Positions 52,640-63,930 of a stretch of DNA of 64,000 nucleotides are shown here, in pieces (the first letter of the stretch is position 1; every line of letters starts with the position of its first letter). The DNA comes from Macrostomum hystrix (Eukaryota > Animalia > Platyhelminthes): positions 30,256,001-30,320,000 of the forward strand of contig CATNEN010000038.1 in NCBI GenBank assembly GCA_950097015.1. Direction: 5' to 3'. The notes under the pieces are model-generated. The model ran no database searches. It saw nothing but the letters and a program-made list of their open reading frames with translations, and was not told where the DNA came from. The translations under genes and the position numbers were made by a program.

Positions 52640-53050
52640 ATGGAACTGATAAATGGAACTGGGAATGGAACTGGGAATGGAACTGGGAATGGAACTGGGA
52701 ATGAAACTGGAAATGAAACTGAGAATGGACCTGGAAATGAAACTGGGAATGGAACTGGGAATGGAACTGAGAATTGAATTAGGAATGTAACTGAAAATGG
52801 AACTGGGAATGGAACTGAGTATGGAACTGAGAAGGGACCTGGGAATGGAACTGAGTATGGAAATGAGAATGGAACTGAGAATAAAACTGGGAATGGAACT
52901 TAGAATGGAACTAGTAATGGAACTGAGAATGGAACTGAGAATGAAACTGAGAATGAATCTGGGAATGGAACTGAGAATGAATCTGGGAATGGAACTGACA
53001 ACGGAACTGGGAATGGAACTGATAAATGGAATTAGGAATGGAACTGGGAA
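52640..53050. repeat. 12-bp minisatellite (GGAACTGGGAAT)n
   Basis: Direct tandem repeat. Confidence 0.9.
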
Positions 53051-53057
53051 CACTCAC

Positions 53058-53419
53058 CCTACAGATATATTATAGAAGTAAGGATTCATCCAGTAGTTGA
53101 GGTAGTACGGGTTGACAGTCTCTAGCCCAGGCTGGCCGTTTCTCTGCTCGGCAGGTACCTCCCTGTACCATTTGATGTCCTCGTAGATGATATTGGTGCG
53201 GGGCCATAGAAGCAGCGGATGAATCGCATCTTGCTGTCGAATTCTATTCCAAGCCAGTTGATAAGCCGGTTCTATCAAGGCCGCGTTCACATAGTAGGAG
53301 GTGGATCTGGGCGCTATGAGGTACAGGTCCAAGCGGTTAGCACATCGGTTATCAGGCGTGTTCTTGCCATCACAGCTCGATGCCAGCAATGTTAGCAATA
53401 GCGTAATTATTAATAGCAT
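53058..53419 (-). CDS. Receptor GC variable cassette V4, exon 1 (signal peptide)
   Basis: aaaATG, MLLIITLLLTLLASSCDG signal peptide, LYLIAP..YYVNAALIEPAYQLAW; donor GTA GG|gtgagt (phase 2); 362 nt. Confidence 0.85.
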
Positions 53420-53531
53420 TTTGTTTTCAGCAGTTGCTAGGGGTGTTCAAAATAAAATAAATGCGCAGTTAACAATCATATCCAGAATAAATCGATCAAC
53501 TTATTGACAGGTCCAGATCGACCACTCTGAG

Positions 53532-53576
53532 CCAATCAGGTGAGGCGGCCAATGACAGTCATTGCGTTTGCCCAAT
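53532..53576 (-). promoter_or_regulatory. Putative V4 promoter (three CCAAT boxes)
   Basis: CCAAT at 53532, 53549, 53572, about 110-160 nt upstream of the V4 ATG. Confidence 0.5.
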
Positions 53577-53659
53577 ACAGAAAGACATTAAATTCGAGTC
53601 TGTCAATATAATAGACAGAAATGACTAGCTTTGGGCCGAATGCACAGCCAGTTGTTCCA

Positions 53660-54260
53660 CCGTAGTTATCTACCTTATCTACCATAGTTGTCTACCTTAT
53701 CTACCATAATTATCTACCTTATCTACCATAGTTGTCTACCTTATCTACCATAGTTATCTACCCTTTCTACCATAATAATCTACTTTACCCACCATAATTA
53801 ACTACCTTATCTGCCATAATTATCAACATATCATATAAATACTATCTACCATAATTGTCTATGTTATCTACCATAGTTATCTACCTTATCCACCACAGTT
53901 ATCTACCTTATCTACCATAATTATCTACCTTATCCACCATAGTTATCAACCTTATCCACCATAGTTATCTACCTTATCTACCATAATTATCTACCTTATC
54001 CACCATAGTTATCTACCTTATCCACCACAGTTATCTACCTTATCTACCATAATTATCTACCTTATCCACCATAGTTATCAACCTTATCCACCATAGTTAT
54101 CAACCTTATCCACCATAGTTATCTAACTTATCCACCATAGTTATCTACCTTATCTACCATAGTTATCTACCTTATCTACCATAATTATCTATCTATCATA
54201 AAAATTATCTACCATAATTGTCTATGTTATCTACTATAATTGTCATCCATATTTGTCTAC
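53660..54260. repeat. About 23-bp minisatellite (CCATAGTTATCTACCTTATCTA-like)
   Basis: Direct tandem repeat. Confidence 0.9.
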
Positions 54261-55284
54261 CTTACCTAGCCTCATTGTCTACTTATATCTACCACAAGAA
54301 TGGACATTAAGGTAGAAGGTAGGGCAGGTAACAGTAGTGGCAAGGTGTAAGTCTTGGCATAAAAGGCAAATGAATTAGCAAATATGTCAAAATAGTTTTT
54401 CGACGGAATAAGATGCTTTTGAGGTTTCAATTCGGAAAGCGAAACACAGTTGCAGACAATCTGCACGCGACAGGAGAAATGTATTTTGGTTTTTTATATT
54501 TCATTATAATTACGACTCGTACGAAACGCAAAAAATACTACCAGCATAGTACACACAAAATTGAAAAAATGGACCAAAGTAGGTATAACATCCCTCTGAT
54601 ACAAATCTAGCCTTTATCTATCTCTAGACTAAAATAACAATTTGTTGAGTGACTTTCGAAAGTCATCTAGTTAAAGATGTGAAGTAGATTTACACGATTC
54701 AAATAGCCGAAAATCCTAGATAAACGATTAGCTAATAAATAGGTAGCACATAATTTTACATACTTTACTACTCAAGACAATGATTAAGTAGTATAAAATT
54801 ATCTTGATTGACATTTTTTATATCGTTAAACTACAAACTAAGCAAAATGATTAAATTTCACAGGGGAAAGTTGCCATAGCAACGGAAACGTTTTTTTCTG
54901 AATAAGAAAGCGGAAAATAATATTATTTTTGCTGATGACATTGCGAGGTCACTGATGCGAGCCGAGATGAAAGAAAACACAAAAAATAAACAAAAATATT
55001 AGTTCGCTACGAAACCGGAAAGATGTTGATAAATGTTATAACAAAAATAAAAACAAAGATTTGCGTATTACAAATACAGAGAACCAATGCACGCGGGTTT
55101 ATAAAAAATTTATGACCGTAAAAGTTTTTCATTTTGGCATAAAAAAAACACAAAAATTTAATCGCATGCATGAATACATGCCCATTTAGCTATGTATATA
55201 ACACAAATCGATACAGTATCGATTCACAAAATACAAATTATCACCGTTAAAATCTTAAAAATGTATTTTTTTTGCGATTTTGCT

Positions 55285-56170
55285 TATAGTTCTAGCTGCG
55301 ATTCCAGCTACAATTCTAGCTGCGATTCCAGCCACATATCTAGCCACGATTCCAGCTACATATCTAGCCACGATTCCAGCTACATATCTAGCCACGATTC
55401 CAGCTACATATCTAGCCACGATTCCAGCTACATATCTAGCCGCGATTCCAGCTACATATCTAGCCACGATTCCAGCTACATATCTAGCCACGATTCCAGC
55501 TACATATCTAGCCACGATTCCAGCTACATATCTAGCCACGATTCCAGATACATATCTAGCTGCGATTCCAGCTACTCTTGTACCTTCGATTCCAGCTACT
55601 ATTATATATGCTATTCTAGCTACAATTTTAGCTTCGATTCCAGCTACTATCCTAGCCACGATTCCGGCTACTCTTCTAGCTGCGATTCCAGCTACGATTT
55701 CAGCTACAATTTTAGCTTCTCTAGCTACGATTCCAGCTACGACTCTAGCTGCGATTCCAGCTACAATTTTAGCTTCGACTTCAGCTGCGATTCTAGCTGC
55801 GATTCCAGCTACAATTCTAGCTGCGGTTACAGCTGCAATTTTAGCTTCTCTAACTACGATTCCAGCTACGATTCCAGCTACAATTTTAGCTTCGACTTCA
55901 GCTGCGATTCTAGCTGCGATTCCAGCTACAATTCTAGCTGCGGTTACAGCTGCAATTTTAGCTTCTCTAACTACGATTCTAGCTGCGATTCCAGCTACAA
56001 TTTTAGCTTCGAGTTCAGCTACGACTCTAGCTGCGATTCCAGCTACAATTCTAGCTGCGGTTACAGCTGCAATTTTATCTTCTCTAGCTATGATTCCAGC
56101 TACGATTCTAGCTACGATTCCAGCTACAATTTTAGCTTCTCTAGCTACGATTCCCTTTACGATACTAACC
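55285..56170. repeat. 12/24-bp degenerate minisatellite (CGATTCCAGCTACATATCTAGCCA) in the convergent intergenic/3' region
   Basis: Tandem repeat, source of overlapping ORFs on both strands. Confidence 0.88.
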
Positions 56171-57314
56171 GCGATTACTTCCACGATTCAATTTGCTCTG
56201 CAATCAATGCACTGCACTCAAACTGATCTTTGAGTTCACTAAAGTGTCCAGAAGTACCCGCCAGAAAAAAATTCTCGAGACAAGCAAAAATATTAATTAA
56301 TATTGAATAAAAAATATTCGAATCCATATAAATAACACAGTGGGGTTAGGTCATCAGGCCATAAAACCGGAAATAACAGTTTCTAAGAAATATCGTTTTT
56401 ATACAACATAAGCACGAAAAAAACAACCTTATAGTTATAAACCCTCATTAACAAACAGGATATAAAATAAGATCACAAAGCTGTGATTTGTGCAAATTTG
56501 TTCAATGCTGTCTTGCAACACTCGAAAAATCAAACAATATGCAGCAAATATTAACATTTCTATGAAAGCATAAACGTAATTACTCGTATGAGCGAATTTA
56601 TGAAATTTTTTGGGTTTTGGGGTTTCTGCAAGATATTTATTGACCGTTGCGGCGGTCGCGACAGAAAACGATTTATAGCACAAGCAATTGATGAATTGAA
56701 GTTAAAAAAACTGAAATTCCGATGGAACGCAATTATCTATCTAAAAATGACATTTCTCATAGGCTATTTATAGTCAAATACTTATCATACAACTTAAGGG
56801 ATTCCCTCAGGCTATTTATAGAAACAATGAATCAGCCACTAAAGGGGTTGCCTCAAGCTATTTAAAGATGAACAATAAATACACCACTTAATGGATTCCC
56901 GGAGGCTACCTATGGATGAAAGCCAATACACCCTAAGGGATTCTCGTAAGCTATTTATAGACAAAACGATACAAGCGAAGCAAAAAAACATACTACTTAA
57001 TATATACCAGTAGTAGATTATCTATAGATGAGAAACGAAAAAACACGGAATTTGCAGAAGCAATATTTTATCGTTATGGAAGGCAACATGAATTTACAAA
57101 TTGGTGCGCAAGATAAACATCTATAAACACGCCCTTCTCCCACTCACTGCGATTGTGAGGATCAGCTGTGTGACACCGGATTTCCAGCGCTGAATAAGCA
57201 TAATAAACAAGATTGTCTAGTTGATCTTATTCTTTCTGAAGTTAAATAGAAATGCAAATGATACACAACAATAAATAAGACAAATTAATTTCACGATTCA
57301 AACACATTGGTCGT

Positions 57315-58307
57315 CTAACGACCTGCTTCGGCCAGCAAGCGTTTCTTCTGCTTTTTCAGTCGCTTCTTTTCGGCCTGACGAGCTAGCAGGGCCGCTTCGT
57401 AGTCGGCATCCAGGCTCACGATGCGCTTACCGCTGGCGTCGTACTCTCCGGCCAGGAAGAATTCTTCGCCGCCAGACGATCGCCGACTAGAGGCTCGACT
57501 GTCGGCGTATGAGACCAAAGGCAGCTTTCTAAGAATGGTGCGCGCCTCGTTCCGGTCCCGGTGGCCGCTGATGAACAGGGCGCGGCCCTGCTCGCGACGA
57601 AACCGCCGAGCCAGCTGGTCGGGCATCTCCCTGGGCTGGTAGAACCAGGCCGCTTCGACCCACATTCGACGCTTCTTGCTGCTGGCGGCCACGGTAGCTT
57701 TGTTGTCATCCTCGTCATCGGAGCCGGCGCCCGCAGCCGGTTGATCTTCTTCCCACATGTCGACAACTCTGCCGAAGAATGGCCGATCGGCCGAGCTGCT
57801 CTTAAACATCACCGCGTCGCCAACGCTGATTGGCTCGCCGTTGCGTAGCAACGCTCGATGACGCTGACGACGACCGCGGCGTCGGCCAGCGTCGGCCCAT
57901 TCAAATATTGCTGAAGCGCTGACTGCAGCTGTTGCTGACTCAGTAGACACGGCCGAAGCGGCAGAAGATTGTCGCCGACGCCTGGCCTGCGGGGAGCCGG
58001 ACATGGCAACTCGCTGCACTGGCAGGCCTGGTGGCAGCATGCGAACCCGGTCTAGCGGAATCCAACGACTGTCATTGTCGTCGAATTCTATGTAGACCAT
58101 CGCCTGGCTGGCGTCCTCTTCCTCGTCGTCAATGTCTTCAATCTGTTGATCTTGTCCGGCCTCTGTTGAAGTGGAACAGACACGTTTCCCATCATTGGAC
58201 CTAACAGTGCCCGGATACAGAGCCGTCAGACTGCCAGACCAATAGGCGCACACACGACTGCCGGCTGGGAGCTCGGCTCGACTGCTCGGACGAATCTCCA
58301 GAACTGC
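57315..58307 (-). CDS. BAHCC1/TNRC18/Winged-eye-like protein, last exon (second Tudor-like domain + BAH domain)
   Basis: tcaacag|GCA acceptor; AVLEIRP..GSRVCAYWS..LYPGTV..IEFDDNDSRWIPLDRVRMLP; BAH: ISVGDAVMF..PFFGRVVDMWE..WFYQPRE..ALFISGHRDRN; basic C-terminal tail (possible NLS). Confidence 0.9.
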   Translation of the reverse strand, partial: AVLEIRPSSRAELPAGSRVCAYWSGSLTALYPGTVRSNDGKRVCSTSTEAGQDQQIEDIDDEEEDASQAMVYIEFDDNDSRWIPLDRVRMLPPGLPVQRVAMSGSPQARRRRQSSAASAVSTESATAAVSASAIFEWADAGRRRGRRQRHRALLRNGEPISVGDAVMFKSSSADRPFFGRVVDMWEEDQPAAGAGSDDEDDNKATVAASSKKRRMWVEAAWFYQPREMPDQLARRFRREQGRALFISGHRDRNEARTILRKLPLVSYADSRASSRRSSGGEEFFLAGEYDASGKRIVSLDADYEAALLARQAEKKRLKKQKKRLLAEAGR

Positions 58308-58374
58308 CTGTTGACAAGGGAATCAGATTTGAAGATGCAGCACCGAATATTTCTTCTTTTGAATCTTAACACTA

Positions 58375-58575
58375 TCTAACCACTATAATTCATTATCCAA
58401 CAACTATCCATCATTATCCAACCACTATCATTCATTATCCAACCACTATCCATCATTATCCAACCACTATCATTCTTTATCCAACCACTATCTATCATTA
58501 TCCAACCACTATCCATCATTATCCAACCACTATCCATCATTATCCAACCACTATCCATCATTATCCAACCACTAT
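58375..58575. repeat. 21-bp minisatellite (ATCCAACCACTATCCATCATT)n in BAH-gene intron
   Basis: Direct tandem repeat. Confidence 0.9.
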
Positions 58576-58605
58576 CCTCCCAAAACGCAAAGCCGCATTT
58601 CTCAC

Positions 58606-59099
58606 CTGACACAGCAGCTCCTCCCTGGTAAAATATTGATGCCGACTTCTTGGCGAACCATTCAACGACACCCGATAGACGTCTGGCGGTCGGACTTCCC
58701 TGAGCACGCCGGAGTACCAGACACCTCCACCGTCACCGGTGGCACCGTCAGCCAAATCAGCTTCGGCCACAAGAACTCGTTGACCGTCCCGCAGATCGTT
58801 CTCGGCCAGTTGGCAGCTGCGAAGCTCCGGCGTAGGCGGGCCATTGTCGGCCAATCCCAGGCCGCTCTGATCTTCGCCGCTGACGCTGGGATGACGCCGC
58901 TTTCTAATACTGCTGCCGCTGCTGTGAATGTTAGCACTACTAACAGTAGTTTCAACCGCAGTGTTATCGGCGGCCGAGGAAAATGAAGAATAGGTCGCGG
59001 GTTCGCATGCCACTCGACGATAGGATTCGGCATCGGCTGTGCATGATGCCAATTTTGTGGACTTGAAAGCAGGTGATGTTGCGGCGACAGGAATTCGAT
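58606..59099 (-). CDS. BAHCC1/TNRC18-like exon 3 (first Tudor-like domain)
   Basis: gttctcag|AT acceptor (phase 1, frame-compatible), CAG|gtgaga donor; [37 protein letters not shown]. Confidence 0.8.
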
Positions 59100-59399
59100 C
59101 TGAGAACGTTATGAGGATTGTAACGCTTGGCTGGATAATAAAAGTTCTTAGAAACAGATAAAAGATTAAACACAGAGTGCAAATACCAATACGAGCAAAG
59201 CCATAGAGATAAATTCAGAGACAATAGATGAAATACGCTCAGACCATAGACAAACTTTAAAACAGACCAATAGATACAGCACATTTAGCATACACAAAAC
59301 AAACAAATACCATAGACAAAACACATATACCATAGACAAAACACACAGGCAAAATCAAAACCAGACTATAGACCTAACACAAATACAGAACCGGCTCAC

Positions 59400-60704
59400 C
59401 AATAGTAGGACAGCCTGACTGACTGACAGTAGACCGCTGTCGCTGCTCCGCGGCACAGAAGGCCAGCATGTGCACAGACGAAGCGTAGGGACTGAATGCG
59501 TCGCCTCCGTCGCTGTTGGCTGCTGAAGTCGAAGCCGACAATCTGACCGGAGCGTCGCTTCGATGTCGATGTCGAGGAGCTGTTGTTCTTGCCGGGTGGG
59601 TGACTCCGCCGCCGCCGCTTCTGTATCGTTGCTGCTTTAATCGGCTCTGTTGAATGCGTCGCCAAAGAGCTTCAATCCTGGCTACTAGCTGTTCGCAATC
59701 CTTCGAATCGGGAATCAGATTTGTGCCCGGACTAAGATCGACCCGATTAACCGGTCTGGTGTCGTACCGACAGCCGAGATTATCAACTGAATTGACTACA
59801 TCCGAGTCGGATTTATCAGACTTATCGCTGACGGACTCGTCTGGATGTTCGCTGCCTTCGTTATCCAATTGCAACAGATCGACCTGCTGCAATAGGGCAG
59901 CCACAGCGCACAGGATATCCCATTGACGCTGACCCCTGGAGACAGATTTGGCTTCAACCATTGTTAAACTGGTCGCTTCCGCCGATGCCAATTCAATTGG
60001 TTGACTACTATCGCTAGATGTTGATGGACCGATTGTTGAAGACTGCTGCGGCCGACCGCGCACAATGCCTATCTGTCGTCGATGCTGCGACTGCTGCTGC
60101 TGATGCTGATGTCGAGACACTTGATTGTGATCAAACATAAGCCCATTATCTAATTTGGACCTGTCATTAACTAAACTATTAGTGGAATCTGGCATTAGTG
60201 GTGTCGTAGGCGATGCCGATATGTCCAGATAATCTTTACTATCAACAACTTCTATATCTTCGTCCTCGTTGGATACATCGTCCAAATCTTCGTCTCGATC
60301 TTGTTTGCGAGAATCTTCCCAAGCTACAGTATTCTCATCTTCGTCCTGCGATTCAACAAGGTCTACAGCAGACTGACTAATGCCCAACTGGCATTGGCAT
60401 TGATGAACTGACAGAGGTTCTGTTTGAGTACCAGCTTCAACTACATCTGGCGACAATACAGGCGATGCCGATGCATTGTAGGAGCATTGAACTTCAGCAT
60501 CGACAGATTGCAAGCGGCTAAAACTACAGTGTTGCCGTTGCTGCTGCTGCTGCAGTCTGGGTAACTGACGACCGCTGGCTAAGCCAGTCGACATAAATGA
60601 GAACGAAGGCGGCAGAGGCGAACCCGGTGAGGCTATGTAAGTCGGGGCGCCATGAAGGCTTGGTGTCGCCGGCCAACCAATGGGTGAGGCCATCGAGGCC
60701 ATGC
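59400..60704 (-). CDS. BAHCC1/TNRC18-like exon 2 (low-complexity/disordered region)
   Basis: ctcaccag|GC acceptor and ATT G|gtgagc donor, both phase 1; 1305 nt open. Confidence 0.8.
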
Positions 60705-60869
60705 CTGGTGAGGGGGGGCGGGCGGGCGGCCATGTTGAAATAAATTAAATTGTTCTGAGACTATAGTAATAAAGTGTTGAGTCGTTACACAACTACGAGT
60801 ACTTTAAAGAGATTCTTTAAAAGTCATTTAAAAGTCATCATTACTAAAAGTCATTAAAGAGAATAGTTT

Positions 60870-61508
60870 GAGTCGATAGAGAAGCGTTTGAGTCACTAGA
60901 GAAGCTTTTCAGTCGCTACAAAGGCGTTTGAGCCGCTACAAAAGCGTTTGAGTCGCTAGAGAAGTGTTTGAGTCGCTAGAGAAGCGTTTGAGTCGCTAGA
61001 GAAGCGTTTGAGTCGCAAGAGAAGCGTTTGAGTCGCTAGAGAAGAGTTTGAGTCGCTAGAGAAGCTTTTCAGTTGCTACAAAAGCGTTTGAGTCGCTAGA
61101 GAAGCTTTTCAGTTGCTACAAAAGCGTTTGAGTCGCTAGAGAAGCTCCTAAGTCATTAGAGAAGCGTTTGAGTCGCTAGAGAAGCGTTTGAGTCGCTAGA
61201 GAAGCGTTTGAGTCGTTAGAGAAGCGTTCGAGTCGCTAGAGAAGCGTTTGAGTCACTAGAGAAGCGTTTGAGTCGCTAGAGAAGCGTTTGAGTCGCTAGA
61301 GAAGCGTTTGAGTCGCTAGAGAAGCTCCTAAGTCATTAGAGAAGCGTTTGAGTCGCTAGAGAAGCGTTTGAGTCGCTAGAGAAGCGTTTGAGTCGTTAGA
61401 GAAGCGTTCGAGTCGCTAGAGAAGCGTTTGAGTCACTAGAGAAGCGTTTGAGTCGCTAGAGAAGCGTTTGAGTCGCTAGAGAAGCGTTTGAGTCGCTAGA
61501 GAAGCGTC
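60870..61508. repeat. 20-bp minisatellite (GAGAAGCGTTTGAGTCGCTA)n in BAH-gene intron
   Basis: Direct tandem repeat. Confidence 0.93.
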
Positions 61509-61538
61509 TGGAAACTATTTTTAAGATGACAGACTCAC

Positions 61539-61719
61539 CTGGACTAGGGCAGGCAGCCACAACAGCGGGATGCTGATGATACTGCTTATAGAACTCTTCC
61601 ATGTAAAAGGCCCAACTACCGCCGCCGCTGCCGCCGCTGGTGACAATACCAGTTGGTGAGCCATACAACATTGGGCTAACAGGCAAAGCGCCAGTCAATA
61701 GTCTTTCATTTGAATCCAT
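61539..61719 (-). CDS. BAHCC1/TNRC18-like exon 1 (first coding exon seen); spliced product about 990 aa
   Basis: ATG at 61719, donor CCA G|gtgagt (phase 1) joins exon 2 in frame. Confidence 0.72.
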
Positions 61720-63129
61720 ATAATTATGTTTATTATTGTTGTTACTGATTGTCTTTCTAATGCTAAATGAAGCGCATACCGAACTGTAATTTCCTATATA
61801 TTGTGTCTGGCTTCTGCGGGTTTTCGGCTCAGTCCAAATTCTAACAAGCTGGAAATAAAATTGAAGAAAGAAGAAATATATAAATAGGCGTCACATAATG
61901 GTTCGCGTGCATTTTTAAGTACACTTATAGTGCACACAAAAGAAAAAAAGAGATGAAAAGTAGAAATGGTTATGCTTGTAATTTCACTTATGGACATGGG
62001 TACATTGTAACTTATAGCAATCCGAAACTATAGAAAGTTTTAAAAGTTATTTCAAGAATCTTATTATAAACTTACATTTGGGTCTATTGAGTGACTCTCA
62101 ATTTTTTATAATTGTTTTTGTCTTGAAAATTTGTTTAAATATATCTGCCAGTCTCAAACACTTGACTCATAGCAGTTTCTGGTCAATTTAATATCCCATT
62201 TTATCCCTAAAATCCCTACTTACACCTACCGCCCAAATAAGTCATTCCTGTCAACCTCCCACACGCAGTATACTATAAAAGGCTAAGCCCAACCAAAACA
62301 GATCTTCCTCACCGATCATTGGACGGTGCCGGAGAAGCCACCTCACCCTCCCTATCTCCCTCAACCCTGATCCCCAAGTAGCCCTTAGTAACACAGCACC
62401 TCCTAGACCAACTAAAAACGCCCAAATTCTATTTCTTCCGAAACACTCCCTTTCCTAAACACCTCAGAGATAGAGAGAAGAGGTGGGAGGAGAGGAGAGA
62501 CGAAGTGTACAGTAGGACTACGCCCTTGCTAAAGTCCATAAATCAGCATACACACGAGTTAAGCGTACAACAGCGACAGAACCTAATACCCTATCTAGCA
62601 CTGCTTGATTGGTTGTTGCTATGGCAACACAAAGGACAGACAAATAGATGGACAGAGAGAAGAGGAGAGAAAGGACAGAATAAGTCTGGGATAGGCAATA
62701 GCTGAGGGTGAAAATAGTATAGCATTATGGATTCCTACACTGAGCCATTTAAAGTCATCGAATATTTATTTATGCGCACTTATGACTTACACGCCATAGC
62801 TTAGACAGGAAACTATTGCGGATTAACTTGCAAGAAGTTGATATTGAAAAGATAAAGAGAAAACGGACGACTTTCAGGGCCAGATCTTATGGCCGACTAA
62901 AATTGAAGCCAAAACCAAAGCAAAAACATTCAAAACACTGGTCCCTCCAAAACTAAACTTAAACGGATTAAAAATCTGCAGCCTCTATACATCCTATTGG
63001 TAATGCGTGGGTGTGATTCGTTGAAACAAAACTGTGCACTGGGGTGCTGAAATCTTATATAGATCATGGTCTAATGGACAAACGTGGCTTAAAAATAAGA
63101 TATCTAACTTTTAACATATCTCCATGTCT

Positions 63130-63930
63130 ATCTGTCTCCCATTCTCCCTAACAGTCACCCCTTCTCATTAACAGTCTCCCATTCTCACTAACAGTCTCCC
63201 ATTCTCCCTAACAGTCTCCCATTCTCCCTAACAGTCTCCCATTCTCCCTAACAGTCTCCCATTCTCCCTAACAGTCTCCCATTCTCATTAACAGTCTCCC
63301 ATTCTCACTAACAGTCTCCCATTCTCCCTAACAGTCTCCCATTCTCCCTAACAGTCTCCCATTCTCCCTAACAGTCTCCCATTCTCCCTAACAGTCTCCC
63401 ATTCTCCCTAACAGTCTCCCATTCTCAATAACAGTCTCCCATTCTTCCTAACAGTCTCCCATTCTCATTAACAGTCTCCCATTCTCACTAACAGTCTCCC
63501 ATTCTCCCTAACAGTCTCCCATTCTCCCTAACAGTCTCCCATTCTCCCTAACAGTCTCCCATTCTCATTAACAGTCTCCCATTCTCACTAACAGTCTCCC
63601 ATTCTCCCTAACAGTCTCCCATTCTCCCTAACAGTCTCCCATTCTCCCTAACAGTCTCCCATTCTCCCTAACAGTCTCCCATTCTCCCTTACAGTCTCCC
63701 ATTCTCCCTAACAGTCTCCCATTCTCCCTAACAGTCTCCCATTCTCCATGACAGTCTTCCATTCTCTCCGACTGTCTCCCATTCTCTCCCTAACAGCCTC
63801 CCATTCTCTCCGACTGTCTCCCATTCTCTCCGACTGTCTCCCATTCTCTCCCTAACAGCCTCCCATTCTCTCCAACTGTCTCCCATTCTCTCCAACTGTC
63901 TCCCATTCTCTCCAACTGTCTCCCATTCTC
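63130..63930. repeat. 20-bp minisatellite (CAGTCTCCCATTCTCCCTAA)n
   Basis: Direct tandem repeat. Confidence 0.95.

Noticed and set aside
14345-53419. V1-V4 as four independent full-length GC paralogs
   Set aside because: No TM, KHD or C1/C2-like exons found between cassettes, and all end at the same phase-1 donor position
55192-56233. Ser/Tyr/Asp-rich and Ala/Ile-rich ORFs over 300 aa
   Set aside because: 12/24-bp tandem repeat open in three overlapping frames; same motif family as intronic repeats
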